From an uncultured Acidimicrobiales bacterium (lineage in GTDB: Bacteria > Actinomycetota > Acidimicrobiia > Acidimicrobiales > SHLQ01), in the NCBI GenBank assembly GCA_938041035.1, contig CALHYX010000042.1:2731-66730 (forward strand): DNA of 64,000 nucleotides. Direction: 5' to 3'. The position numbers and the translations under genes are program-made. This document shows, piece after piece, positions 48,717 to 61,689 of this stretch. Numbering within the stretch: the first letter of the stretch is position 1; every line of letters begins with the position of its first letter. The notes below the pieces were generated by a model that worked only from the letters and a program-made list of their open reading frames with translations, made no database searches and had not been told where the DNA came from.

Positions 48717-50252
48717 CTAGCCGCTGATGAGGCGGGGCAGGGCCTGCTGGGCCAGCTCGTCGAGCGGGCCGGGAATGATGCCGAACACCACCGTGACGGC
48801 CAGCGCGATACCGATGGCGACCATGGCCCCGGCGGGAAGCGGTATCTCTCGCTCGTCGGCGACCGCTTCGCCTTCGGTATCGCCCGCTTCGGCGTCGGCC
48901 AGGAACATGGCGACCACGATGCGGAGGTACAAGAACGCGGCGATCACCGCCGAGATCATGGCGATGATCGCCAACCAGAACGACCGGGCATCGATCGCGG
49001 CGTTGATTACCCCGAACTTGGCAAAGAACCCGCTGGTGAACGGAACGCCGGCCTGGGCAAACAACAAGATGGCGAACGCCATGGCGAGCACGGGCCGGTT
49101 GCGGCCCAGGCCCCGATAGTCGTCGAGATGATGGGCCCGGTCGCCGGTGCCCCCGACGAGGGTGACCACGCCGAAGCTGCCCGCGACCATGAAGGTGTAC
49201 GCGGCCAGGTAGAACACCGCCGACGAGGTGCCCAGATCGGTGGCGGCCTGCACACCCAACAGAATGAAGCCGGCGTGGCTGATGGAGGAATAGGCGAGCA
49301 TACGCTTGACGTCGGTCTGCACGACGGCGAGCAGCGAGCCGACGATCAGGGAGGCCGCAGCCAGCACGTACACCACCGGCTGCCAGTCGACCCGGTACTG
49401 CTCGAAGCCCACGACAAACACCCGGATGATGCCGGCGAACCCGGCGGCCTTGACGCCCGAAGCCATGTACGCCACCACCGGGCTCGGTGCGCCCTGGTAG
49501 ACGTCGGGGGTCCAGGCGTGGAACGGTACGGCCGCGACCTTGAAGGCCAGCCCGACGAGCATCAGGGCGAAGCCGAGCAACAACATGGCGTCGGAGGCAA
49601 ACACCGTGCCTGCGAGTTGCCCCTTGATCGTCACCAGGTTGGTGCTTCCCGTCGCGCCGTAGACGAACGCAATGCCGTAGAGCAGGAACGCCGACGAAAA
49701 CGCGCCGAGGACGAAGTACTTGAGGCCTGCTTCCTGCGACTGCGAGCGCCGCAGGTGCATGGCCGCCATCACATAGACCGCGATCGACAACACCTCGAGT
49801 CCAAGGAACAGCACGATCAGATCGTTGGCCGACGCCATGACGATGCCCCCGGCGGCGGACATGAGCATGAGGACATACAGTTCGGGGCCCTCGAGACCCT
49901 CGCGGACGAGGTAGTCGTCGGCCAGCAACGCGGTGAGCGCCACCGAGGCACAGATCACGCCGGTGATGAACAGCGAGAAGCCGTCGGCGGCGAAGACGCC
50001 CCCGACCGTGGAGACCGCACCGTTCTCGTGGAACTCATCCCACAGCCAAAACAGCGAGATACCGGCGCCGGTCGCGATCGCGGCGGTGAGCCAGGCAAAC
50101 ACGTGCCGCGGCATCGGCTTAACGAGCGATGCCACCGTGAGCATGAGCGCTCCGCCGACCGAGAGGATCAGCAACGGTAGGAGCATCGACCAGTTGATGT
50201 CGGGGGTCGTCACCCCGGGGGAAAGGTCCTGGGCGAGCAGCAGTGCGTTCAT
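48717..50252 (-). CDS. nuoN: NADH-quinone oxidoreductase subunit N (operon 2)
   Basis: EAGLKYF and FKVAAVPFHAWTPDVYQGAP motifs. Confidence 0.95.
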   Translation of the reverse strand: MNALLLAQDLSPGVTTPDINWSMLLPLLILSVGGALMLTVASLVKPMPRHVFAWLTAAIATGAGISLFWLWDEFHENGAVSTVGGVFAADGFSLFITGVICASVALTALLADDYLVREGLEGPELYVLMLMSAAGGIVMASANDLIVLFLGLEVLSIAVYVMAAMHLRRSQSQEAGLKYFVLGAFSSAFLLYGIAFVYGATGSTNLVTIKGQLAGTVFASDAMLLLGFALMLVGLAFKVAAVPFHAWTPDVYQGAPSPVVAYMASGVKAAGFAGIIRVFVVGFEQYRVDWQPVVYVLAAASLIVGSLLAVVQTDVKRMLAYSSISHAGFILLGVQAATDLGTSSAVFYLAAYTFMVAGSFGVVTLVGGTGDRAHHLDDYRGLGRNRPVLAMAFAILLFAQAGVPFTSGFFAKFGVINAAIDARSFWLAIIAMISAVIAAFLYLRIVVAMFLADAEAGDTEGEAVADEREIPLPAGAMVAIGIALAVTVVFGIIPGPLDELAQQALPRLISG

Positions 50253-51873
50253 CCCTCGCCCTCTCCTTCGTCGCCGTGCTCTTCGTCTCCGCCGTGGTCA
50301 CCCTCGTCGTCGTGCTCACCTTCGCTGAGCTGTGAGCCGTCCTGGGTGACCGGTTCTTCGAACCCGTCGACGTGGGCTTCGATGTGGTTCACCAGGGCAT
50401 CGACCGCGGGTTCCATCCGTTCGAGCATGGGCTTGGGATACACGCCGAGGAACACGATCAGCACCAGCAGCGGAGCGAGCGACAGCCCTTCGCGCAGGGT
50501 GAGCTCGGGCATATCGGCGTTCTCTTCGGTGAGCGGGCCGTGGAACACCCGCTGGAACGCCCAGATCAGATACAACGCCGCGATGATCACACCGGCGGCG
50601 GCCACCACGGCCCACCACCGGTGGGCGTTGAATGCGCCCAGCAGCGCGAGATACTCGCCGACGAACCCGTTGAGGCCGGGAAGGCCAATCGAACTGAACA
50701 TCACCAGGGTGAAGACGCCCGCCATGATCGGGGCCGCCTTTTGCAGACCGGAGAGCTCAGCGATCATGCGGGTGTGGCGGCGTTCGTAGATCATGCCCAC
50801 CAGCAGGAACAACGCACCGGTGGAGATGCCGTGGTTCACCATCTGGAGGATGGAGCCCTCGATGCCTTCGGTGTTGAGGGCAAAGAGGCCCAAGATGATG
50901 AAGCCGAGGTGGGCCACCGAGGAGTAGGCCACGAGGCGCTTGAGGTCCTTTTGCATCGTGGCGGCGATCGCGCCGTAGATGATGCCGACGGTGCCCAGGG
51001 TCATCAGCAGCGGGGCGAAGTACACCGCGGCTTCGGGGAACAGGTAGACGCCAAAGCGCAGGAACCCGTACGTACCGAGCTTCAACATCACGCCGGCCAG
51101 GATGACCGAGCCGGCGGTCGGCGCTTCGGTGTGCGCATCGGGTAGCCAGGTGTGCAGCGGGAACAGGGGCACCTTGACCGCAAACGCCAACGCGAACGAC
51201 AGGAAGATCCAGCGAGCGGTCACCGTGGCGATGCTTTGGCTTTGGGCGATCTCGAGCAGGTCAAAGGTGATGTCGCCGCCGGTCGCCCGGGCGTGGAGCG
51301 ACACCAACGACACGATGCCGACGAGCATGAGCGCCGAACCGAGCATCGTGTAGATGAAGAACTTCATCGCCGCGTACACCCGGTTGCCGTGACCCCATCG
51401 GCCGATGAGGAAGTACATCGGTACGAGCACGATTTCGAAGAAGACGAAGAACGCGAACAGGTCGAGCGCGAGGAACACGCCGAGGCAGCCCGCCTCGAGC
51501 ACGAGGATCCACGCGAAGTACTGCTTGGGGTCATGTTCGGGGTCGACCGCGACGATCGCCAGCGGGAACAACAGACCGGTCAGCACCACGAGGAACAGGG
51601 AGATCCCGTCGAGGCCGAGGTGCCAGGAGATGCCGAAGCTCTCTATCCAGGTGTCGTTCTCGACGAACTGAAACGACGCGTCGGTCTCGAATTGGGCGAG
51701 GAGCCAAAGCGTCATGGCGCCTGCGGCTCCCGAGAACAACAGGGCGACGAGGCGCACGATGTCGGGGCGGGTGCGGGGGATGAGCGCGACGACGACGGCT
51801 CCGATCGCCGGGATGACGATCAGCGCGGTGAGTACCCGGAAGGGCACATCCGTAGCGGCGAGAATGGTTGCCG

Positions 51874-51877
<4 letters not shown>
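50249..51877 (-). CDS. nuoM: NADH-quinone oxidoreductase subunit M (operon 2)
   Basis: KVPLFPLHTWLPDAHTEAP and GLPGLNGFVGE motifs. Confidence 0.95.
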
Positions 51878-54227
<2,350 letters not shown>

Positions 54228-54228
<1 letters not shown>

Positions 54229-54530
54229 CAGCCCCGCAGTACCGAAACGTCGTCGGCGGTGATGTCGGGGCGGCGCCGCATGATCGCGACGATGATGGCC
54301 AAACCGACCACCACTTCAGCGGCGGCGACCACGAGTACGAAGAACACCGCGAGCTGGCCGCTGAGGTCGCCGAGCTCGCGGCCAAAGCTCACGAACGTGA
54401 GGTTGACCGCGTTGAGCATGAGTTCAACGCACATGAACATCACGAGCGGGTTGCGGCGTACGAGCAGGCCGACCGCGCCGATCGTGAACAACATCGCCGC
54501 GACCGTGAGGTAGAAGAACGTGTCGACCAT
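54228..54530 (-). CDS. nuoK: NADH-quinone oxidoreductase subunit K (operon 2)
   Basis: RRN, VELMLN and [11 protein letters not shown] motifs. Confidence 0.95.
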
Positions 54531-55249
54531 CAGGCGTCCGCCTTCTCGTCGGCGGCGTCGCCCGCATCATCGCCATCGGCGACGTCTTCGCCGTCGGCGA
54601 CCGCGTCATCGCCATCGGCGTCCGCGGCGACCGGCCGACTGCGCACCCACAGGTCTTCGGCTTCAGGGATGGGCTCGAGTTCACCGGTGATGCGCCGAGC
54701 GAGCACGACCGCGCCGACGACGGCGATCGTCAGCAGGAGCGCGGTGATCTCAAAGGCGAACACCCAGTCGGTGAAGAGGCGCTCGCCGAGCTGGTTGACG
54801 TCGGGACGATCGGTGGCGATCGGCGCCTCGGCGCCGGGTCGGCCGTTGAGCTCGGTGTCTACACCGAAGTCGCCAAACCGAGCACTCCACGACCAGTCGG
54901 TGAACTCGGTCGCCCCGACGAGCACAGCCATGAGGCCGGCAAACAACAGCAGGCCGATCAGCGGTGCTACGAGGCGCTGGCCAACGATGGGGTCGACGTC
55001 GAGCCGCTCGGCCTTGTCGACGCCGAGCAACATGATGACGAACAGGAACAAGATGACGATGGCGCCCGCGTACACCACGACCTGGACGGCGGCGAGGAAG
55101 TGGGCGTGCTGCAGGATGAACAGGACCGCCATGCCGAACAACGTCTGCACGAGGAACAGCGCGGCGTGCACGGGGTTCTTGGCCATGACGACACCGATGC
55201 CGCCGGACAACACGATGACGGCACTGATGAAGAAGACCACGATTTCCAT
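54530..55249 (-). CDS. nuoJ: NADH-quinone oxidoreductase subunit J (operon 2)
   Basis: [16 protein letters not shown] and AFEITALLL motifs. Confidence 0.94.
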   Translation of the reverse strand: MEIVVFFISAVIVLSGGIGVVMAKNPVHAALFLVQTLFGMAVLFILQHAHFLAAVQVVVYAGAIVILFLFVIMLLGVDKAERLDVDPIVGQRLVAPLIGLLLFAGLMAVLVGATEFTDWSWSARFGDFGVDTELNGRPGAEAPIATDRPDVNQLGERLFTDWVFAFEITALLLTIAVVGAVVLARRITGELEPIPEAEDLWVRSRPVAADADGDDAVADGEDVADGDDAGDAADEKADA

Positions 55250-55929
55250 CAGTGGTGACCCCCGTCCGCGTCGTCGTGATCGTGGTCGTGGTCATGCCCG
55301 TGGGCGTCGGGGTCGCCGGCCGCCTCGTCGGTGGTCGCGGTCTCGGCGTGCTGGCCCTTTTCGGGTGCGCGAACGCCATATCCGAGTTCGCCCGACCAGG
55401 CGATCACGTTCTGGTAGTCGACCGCGCCGGACGACGAGGTCGCCCGCATCCACTGCGAGGTCATGAGATCCTCGCCTTCGCGCCAGTCTTCCCATGGCAG
55501 CTGCTGGGGCTTGCCGTCGTCGTCGACGAGGAGCTCGTCCTTGGTGTAAATGGCGTCGGCCCGGTTGGTGAACGAGAACTCGAAGAGCTTCGATTCGGTG
55601 ATGGCCTCGGTCGGGCAGGCCTCGACGCACAGATCACAGTGGATACAGCGCAGGTAGTTGATCTCGTAGATGAACCCGAAGCGTTCACCGGGCGACACCG
55701 GATCGTCCTCGGGGTTGTCCTCGCCGCGCACATAGATGCACTTCGCGGGGCAGACACCGGCGCAGAGTTCGCAGCCGATGCACTTCTCCATCCCGTCCTC
55801 GTACCGGTTGAGCACGTGGCGACCGTGCAAACGGTCGGCCTTGGGGCGCTTCTCTTCGGGGTATTCGGTGGTGACCCGTTCTTCGCCGAGCTTCTTGAAG
55901 GTGACGGCAAAGCCCTCGAGATATCCCAT
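55249..55929 (-). CDS. nuoI: NADH-quinone oxidoreductase subunit I (operon 2)
   Basis: CIGCELCAGVCP and CIHCDLCVEACP motifs; start ATG 55929. Confidence 0.95.
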   Translation of the reverse strand: MGYLEGFAVTFKKLGEERVTTEYPEEKRPKADRLHGRHVLNRYEDGMEKCIGCELCAGVCPAKCIYVRGEDNPEDDPVSPGERFGFIYEINYLRCIHCDLCVEACPTEAITESKLFEFSFTNRADAIYTKDELLVDDDGKPQQLPWEDWREGEDLMTSQWMRATSSSGAVDYQNVIAWSGELGYGVRAPEKGQHAETATTDEAAGDPDAHGHDHDHDHDDADGGHH

Positions 55930-57161
55930 CAGGTGAACCTCCCGTGTGCGCCTTCGGGGTCCTCTTCGAGAGCCCGGGCCCGGTCGGCCTTCGCGGTGTT
56001 GATCGCGGCGACCAGAAGCGAACCGGCGACGGCGAACACGAGTGCGGTCACCGCGACGATGGCGATGGAGTTCCAGCCGCGATCGCGCCCGATGCTCTGG
56101 GCTCCGAGGAAGAGCACCCAACCGAGCGAAATCGGAATCAGCAGCTTCCAACCGAGGTCCATGAGCTGGTCATAGCGAAGCCGGGGCAGGGTCGCTCGGA
56201 ACCACACGAACGTGAAGAGGAACACGAACAGCTTGAGCATGAACCAGAACGTGGGGAAGAACCAGCCGAGCGAATCGATGAGGATCGGGCCGTTCGGGCC
56301 ACCGAGGAAGAGGGTGACGATGATCGCCGACATGGTGACGGTGTTCATGAACTCGGCGAGGAAGAACAGGGCGAAGCGGATCGAGGAGTACTCGGTGTGG
56401 AAACCGCCGACGAGTTCCTGTTCGGCTTCGACCAGGTCGAACGGTGGGCGGTTCAGCTCGGCGGTGCCGGCGATGAGGAACACGAAGAACGGCACCACGC
56501 CGGTGGCGAAGAAGTTCCAGTTCACGATGCCGCCCTGCTGGGCCGCAACGATGTCGTGGCTGCTGAGCGACTCGGACTGGATCAACACGGCCACGACGGC
56601 CAGACCGAGGGCGGCCTCATAGGACACCATTTGGGCCGATGCCCGCACCGATCCGAGCAGCGGGTACTTCGAGCCCGAACTCCAACCCGCGAGCATGATG
56701 CCGTACACGGCGAGCGAGGACATGGCGAGGAACAACAGCACGCCGATCGGTGGATCGGCGACCTGGAGGTAGGTCTGTTCGCCACCCGGCATCGGCACGA
56801 CGCCGTTGTTGTTGGTGAAGTCGCCACCGACGGGGACGATTGCGAAGGTGAGGAACGCCGGAATCAGCGACAGGTACGGCGCCAGACCGAAGACGAACCG
56901 GTCGGCCTTGTTCGGGACGAGGTCCTCTTTGAAGAACAGCTTGATGCCGTCGGCGAGGGTCTGGAGCAGACCCCATGGCCCGGCCCGGTTCGGGCCGATG
57001 CGGTTCTGGAGGTCACTGACGACCTTGCGTTCGAACCAGACCATGAACAGCACCGACAACATGAGCAGGGCGAAGGCGATGACGACCTTGCCCAACATGA
57101 TGGCGAGCGTGTCCCAGCCAAAGTCGCCCACGAGGAGCGGGTCGGCGGCAAACAGCATCAT
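55929..57161 (-). CDS. nuoH: NADH-quinone oxidoreductase subunit H (operon 2)
   Basis: ERKV, QNRIGPN and NRPPFDLVEAEQELVGGFHTEYS motifs; start ATG 57161 overlapping the nuoG stop. Confidence 0.95.
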   Translation of the reverse strand: MMLFAADPLLVGDFGWDTLAIMLGKVVIAFALLMLSVLFMVWFERKVVSDLQNRIGPNRAGPWGLLQTLADGIKLFFKEDLVPNKADRFVFGLAPYLSLIPAFLTFAIVPVGGDFTNNNGVVPMPGGEQTYLQVADPPIGVLLFLAMSSLAVYGIMLAGWSSGSKYPLLGSVRASAQMVSYEAALGLAVVAVLIQSESLSSHDIVAAQQGGIVNWNFFATGVVPFFVFLIAGTAELNRPPFDLVEAEQELVGGFHTEYSSIRFALFFLAEFMNTVTMSAIIVTLFLGGPNGPILIDSLGWFFPTFWFMLKLFVFLFTFVWFRATLPRLRYDQLMDLGWKLLIPISLGWVLFLGAQSIGRDRGWNSIAIVAVTALVFAVAGSLLVAAINTAKADRARALEEDPEGAHGRFT

Positions 57162-59656
57162 GCGACCGGCTCCACTCGTACGTCGTTCACGACGGCGGTG
57201 GCGTCGATCAGTTCGTACGGGCGGGCGTCCTCGAGGTGCGACACCATCACCGCGGAACCGCGGGGCACACCGGAGTCGCTGAGCACCGAAACGGTGATCG
57301 CACCGCGGGCCGAGCTGACCGAAACGTCGGACCCTTCGGCCACGCCGAGCCGTTCGAAGTCGGTCGGGTGCAACGCAACCTTGGGCGACGGGGAGAGGTG
57401 GGCGCTCGACGGGCTGTGGGCCAGGACCGTGCCCTGGTCGTACATGACCCGGCGGGTCACGAGGCGCAACGCATACTGGTCGTTGCTCACCGCTTCGAGC
57501 GGCGCCGGCGCTTCGAACAACGACGTGCCCTCGACGACGATGCCTTCGACCGCAGCCGCTTCGAGGGCGGCGGGCGAAACGTCGGCGTAGATCGGCGCCA
57601 GGTCGGCCAATTCGGCCCAGACCTGCTCGGGAGATTCCAGTTCGAGGTCGGCGCCGAGCTGAAAAGCGAGCTCCGCGGCGAGGATCCAGTCGGGGCGGGC
57701 GGTGCCCGGCGGCGTGACCATCTGGTTGAGCTGGCTGATCCGACCTTCGAGGTTCGTGAACGAGCCGGCGTATTCGCCGGGGCCGGCCGCGGCGAGCACG
57801 ACGTCGGCTGCGGCGGCCGATTCGTGCAGGAACAGATCGACGGCGATCACCGTCGGGGTGTTCTCGAGGGCCTGGCGGGCGAGGTCGGCGTCGGGGAAGT
57901 CGTTGATCGGGTCGGCGGCGAGCAGCACGAGGGTGTCGAGGCGGCCGTCGGCGGCGGCCTGCAGGATCTCGTGGGTATCGAAGCCGGCTTCGGCGGGCAT
58001 GGTGGGCCAGGCGGTGGAGAACGAGGACCCGGTTGCCAGAGGCTGGCGGCCGGGAAGGCGACCCGGGGCGAGCCCCATGTCGAGGGCGCCGTGCACGTTG
58101 CCGCGCGTGAGCGCGCTGAGAAAGGCCACGTCGTCGAGGCTCGACAGCGCCACCGCGGCGTCGACCACTGCGTCTTCGGATTCGGCCGCCGAGGACCGGC
58201 CGAGAACGACGGTGACGGGGCCGCCGGCCTTCAGGGTGGCGGCGACCGCGTTCACATCGGCGGCCGCGACACCGGCGATGTCGGACTCGACGACCGAGTC
58301 GCCGACCAGGGCGCGAGCCAGCGCACCGGCTTCGCCCGGGCGCGGGTGTAGCGAGTGGGTGGCGTAGCGGCTGAGGCCCGTGCTGTGCGGCGTCAGCTCG
58401 ATGAGTTGCACACCGTCTTCGATAACGGCGTGGCGCAGGCGCAGGTAGAGGGCGCCAAGCTGTTCTTTGGGGTCGGGGCCGACCAGGACGACAGTGCCCC
58501 CGGCGGCGCAGGCCCGATCGATGGTGGCGCGAGGCAGACCCAACACCAGGTCGGCGGGGAGACCGTCGCCGAGTTGGGCGTCGACGTTGTCGCTGCCGAG
58601 CACCCCTTTGACGAGCTTGGCCCACATGTACTGGGCCTCGTTCGACAGACGGGCGCCGCCGATGACGCCGATGCGATTGGGATCGACATCCTGCAGTGCC
58701 TTGGCGCAGCGGCGAAGCGCGGTGGACCAGGGCGCGGTCACGAGTTGATCGCGCTTGGCCGAGCCCATGCTGGCCTCGGGCCGCACGAGCGGATCGGCGA
58801 GACGGTCCTCGTGGTTGAAGGCTTCGAAGCTGAACCGTTCGCGGTCGCTCAGCCAACCCCAGTTCACCGAGTCGACATCGACCCCGAGGTACCGGAGGAC
58901 CTTGTTGCGCGACGACTGCACGGTGATGCGGCTACCGACGGAGTCGATGGTGGCCGTCGACTGGACCTCCTCGAGATCCCAGGGACGGGCCTGGAAGCGG
59001 TAGGGCTTGGCCGTGAGTGCGCCGACGGGGCAGATCTGCACGGTGTTGCCCGCGAAGTAGGAGCTGAAGGGCTCGTCCGGGAACGTGTTGACCTCGGTAC
59101 CGTTGCCGCGGCCCTGGAAGTGGATCAGCGGGTCGCCGGCCACCTCCTTGGCAAAGCGGGTGCAGCGGTCGCACAGGATGCAGCGCTCCCGATCGAGGTA
59201 GACGTTGTCGCTGATCGCGATCGGCTTTTCGTAGTGCCGTTTCTCTTCGACGAACCGGCTCTCACCCGGGCCGTAAGCCATCGTCTGATCCTGAAGCGGG
59301 CACTCGCCCCCCTTGTCACAGACCGGGCAGTCGAGAGGGTGGTTGATCAACAGGAATTCCAGGACGCCGTCCTGGGCCTTTTTCGTAACCTCCGACTCGG
59401 TCTCGACGACCATGTCGGGCGAACAGGTGATCATGCACGAGGGCTGCAGACCCATGCCGCGGCCGGTGTCGACCTCGACGAGACACATGCGGCACATACC
59501 GACCGGCTTCATCCTCGGGTGATAGCAAAAGCGCGGGATGTACACGCCGTTGCGCTCGCATGCGTCGATCAGGAGCTCGCCGGGGCGCGCGAGCACTTCG
59601 GCACCGTTGACGGTGACGGAAATGCCCTCGATCTCAGTTGATTCGACGTTGGTCAT
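57158..59656 (-). CDS. nuoG: NADH-quinone oxidoreductase subunit G
   Basis: IPRFCYH, CRMCLVE, NHPLDCPVCDKGGEC, CILCDRC and ICPVGAL motifs. Confidence 0.96.
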   Translation of the reverse strand: MTNVESTEIEGISVTVNGAEVLARPGELLIDACERNGVYIPRFCYHPRMKPVGMCRMCLVEVDTGRGMGLQPSCMITCSPDMVVETESEVTKKAQDGVLEFLLINHPLDCPVCDKGGECPLQDQTMAYGPGESRFVEEKRHYEKPIAISDNVYLDRERCILCDRCTRFAKEVAGDPLIHFQGRGNGTEVNTFPDEPFSSYFAGNTVQICPVGALTAKPYRFQARPWDLEEVQSTATIDSVGSRITVQSSRNKVLRYLGVDVDSVNWGWLSDRERFSFEAFNHEDRLADPLVRPEASMGSAKRDQLVTAPWSTALRRCAKALQDVDPNRIGVIGGARLSNEAQYMWAKLVKGVLGSDNVDAQLGDGLPADLVLGLPRATIDRACAAGGTVVLVGPDPKEQLGALYLRLRHAVIEDGVQLIELTPHSTGLSRYATHSLHPRPGEAGALARALVGDSVVESDIAGVAAADVNAVAATLKAGGPVTVVLGRSSAAESEDAVVDAAVALSSLDDVAFLSALTRGNVHGALDMGLAPGRLPGRQPLATGSSFSTAWPTMPAEAGFDTHEILQAAADGRLDTLVLLAADPINDFPDADLARQALENTPTVIAVDLFLHESAAAADVVLAAAGPGEYAGSFTNLEGRISQLNQMVTPPGTARPDWILAAELAFQLGADLELESPEQVWAELADLAPIYADVSPAALEAAAVEGIVVEGTSLFEAPAPLEAVSNDQYALRLVTRRVMYDQGTVLAHSPSSAHLSPSPKVALHPTDFERLGVAEGSDVSVSSARGAITVSVLSDSGVPRGSAVMVSHLEDARPYELIDATAVVNDVRVEPVA

Positions 59657-59677
59657 ACCGGAGCGAAATCTAGTGCG

Positions 59678-61069
59678 TCAGCCGGCCGAGACCGGTATGG
59701 AGGCTCGGGCGGTGATCTTGGCCTCGAACTCTGGACGGAAACGACGGAGCGCCGACACGATTGGGGCGACCGACGAGGGGCCGAGCGGACAGATGGTGGT
59801 CTGCTTCGGTGGGAACGGAACGGCTTCGAGACCCTGGCTCGGGTCGGCGGCCGCCGGGTAGGGACCGGGGCTGATGTTGTCGGCGACGTCGAGCAGCATG
59901 TCGATGTCGCTCGGGCGCCCGTGACCGTCGTAGATGCGGCGCAGAATCTGTTCTTCCCAGGTGGTGCCCTCGCGACACGGCGTGCACTTGCCGCACGACT
60001 CGCGAGCGAAGAATCGAACCACCCGCAGGCAGGCCTGCACCGCGTCGGTCGAGTCGTCCATGATCACGATCGCGCCGGAGCCGAGCATCGATCCTGCGGC
60101 ACCGACCGGCTTGGCCTCGAGCGGCAGGTCGAGATGGTCCTCGAAGAACCACGGTGCCGAACCCCCACCGGGGATGAACATCTTGAGGTCGTGGCCCTCG
60201 CGCATGCCCTGGCAGAAGTTGTCGCCGTAGATGAGGTCGCGGAACGTGGTGACCCCCTGCTCGACCTCATAGACACCGGGGCGTTTGACGTGGCCCGACA
60301 CCGCGAACAAACGGGTACCGGGCGAGGCTTCGCTGCCGTACCGCTTGTAGGCGTCGGCGCCGTTTTCGAGTATCCACGGCAGGTTCGAGAGCGTCTCGAC
60401 GTTGTTCACGATGGTCGGCTTGCCGTACAGGCCAATGGCGGCCGGAAAGAACGGCGGCTTGAGCCGGGGCATACCACGGCTGCCTTCGAGGCTCTCGATG
60501 AGCGCGGTCTCTTCGCCCACGATGTACGCGCCGGCGCCCCAGTGCAGGACGATGTCGACGCTGAAGTCGGTGTCGAGAATGTTCTTGCCGACGTACCCGG
60601 CGGCGTAGGCCTCGTTGAGCGCTTCGGCGATGCGCTCCTGAGCCAGCGCCATCTCGCCGCGCACGTACAGGAAGCACTGCGACAACCCGAGGGCGTAGCA
60701 GGCGATGAGACAACCTTCGATCAGCTGGTGCGGATCGCACTCCATGAGGAGACGGTCCTTGTAGGTGCCCGGTTCGGATTCATCGCCGTTGACGACGAGG
60801 TAGCGGGGCCACACGCCCGGCGGGCAGAACCCCCACTTGATACCGGCGGGGAAACCGGCGCCGCCGCGACCGAGCAGGATGGCGTCGCGAACCTCGTCGT
60901 GCACCTGGCTCGGCGTCTTGGCCAATGCGGCGCGCAGCCCGACGTAGCCTCCGGTTTCGAGATAGCGGGCCAGGGTGTGGCCGTCCTCGTGCACGAAGCG
61001 CGACGAAACGATCTTGGGACCCTCGTTGTCGACGTAGCCGGCCGCGTGGGCGACGTAGCCATTGCTCAC
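59678..61069 (-). CDS. nuoF: NADH-quinone oxidoreductase subunit F
   Basis: GRGGAGFPAG, DESEPGTYKDR, GEETAL and ESCGKCTPCREG motifs; GTG start 61069. Confidence 0.96.
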   Translation of the reverse strand: MSNGYVAHAAGYVDNEGPKIVSSRFVHEDGHTLARYLETGGYVGLRAALAKTPSQVHDEVRDAILLGRGGAGFPAGIKWGFCPPGVWPRYLVVNGDESEPGTYKDRLLMECDPHQLIEGCLIACYALGLSQCFLYVRGEMALAQERIAEALNEAYAAGYVGKNILDTDFSVDIVLHWGAGAYIVGEETALIESLEGSRGMPRLKPPFFPAAIGLYGKPTIVNNVETLSNLPWILENGADAYKRYGSEASPGTRLFAVSGHVKRPGVYEVEQGVTTFRDLIYGDNFCQGMREGHDLKMFIPGGGSAPWFFEDHLDLPLEAKPVGAAGSMLGSGAIVIMDDSTDAVQACLRVVRFFARESCGKCTPCREGTTWEEQILRRIYDGHGRPSDIDMLLDVADNISPGPYPAAADPSQGLEAVPFPPKQTTICPLGPSSVAPIVSALRRFRPEFEAKITARASIPVSAG

Positions 61070-61689
61070 GAGCCTTCTCCTTCGGGGGTCGGTGCGGGAA
61101 GCCAAACGGGGGCTTCGTTCGCCTGTTCGGGGGGCACGATTCCGGCACTGCGGCCTGTCGGAATGTGCTGGCGAACCTTGCCGAGCGTGCCGTGGGGCGG
61201 AATGTCGGTGCGCGCACCGGAGCGAAGGTCGTCGATGACCTTCTCGGCCTCGTCGAGTTCGATGCGGTGGAAGTATCGGTAGTTGACCTGCATGCACGGG
61301 GCCTCGGTGCACGCCGCCAGGCACTCGTAGTCCTCGAGGGTGAACATCTTGTCCTCGGTGGTCCCACCGTGTTTGATGCCGAGCTTGTCCTCGAGCCGGT
61401 GCAGCAGTTCCTCACCGCCGAGCAGCATGCAGGAGATGTTGGTGCACACGTTCACCAGGTACGTGCCGACCTCGTGGCGCTTGAACATCTCGTAGAAGCT
61501 GCACGTTCCGACGACTTCGGCGGGGGTCACGTCGCACAGTTCGGCGATGTGGGCCATGGCGTCGTCCGCGACGTAGCCGTCTTGTTCCTGCGCGAGGTGC
61601 AGCAGCGGAATCATCGCCGACTTCTTGACCGGATAGCGCGAGAGGATCTCGTTGGCGGTGGCCAGGTTTTCGGCGTTCAAGCGAGCCAT
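61066..61689 (-). CDS. nuoE: NADH-quinone oxidoreductase subunit E
   Basis: VCTNISC and ECLAAC [2Fe-2S] motifs. Confidence 0.95.
   Translation of the reverse strand: MARLNAENLATANEILSRYPVKKSAMIPLLHLAQEQDGYVADDAMAHIAELCDVTPAEVVGTCSFYEMFKRHEVGTYLVNVCTNISCMLLGGEELLHRLEDKLGIKHGGTTEDKMFTLEDYECLAACTEAPCMQVNYRYFHRIELDEAEKVIDDLRSGARTDIPPHGTLGKVRQHIPTGRSAGIVPPEQANEAPVWLPAPTPEGEGS

Noticed and set aside
55929-58856. 975-aa NuoH fusion suggested by the ORF track
   Set aside because: The upstream part is an off-frame overlap with nuoG. The real start is ATG 57161 at the nuoG stop.
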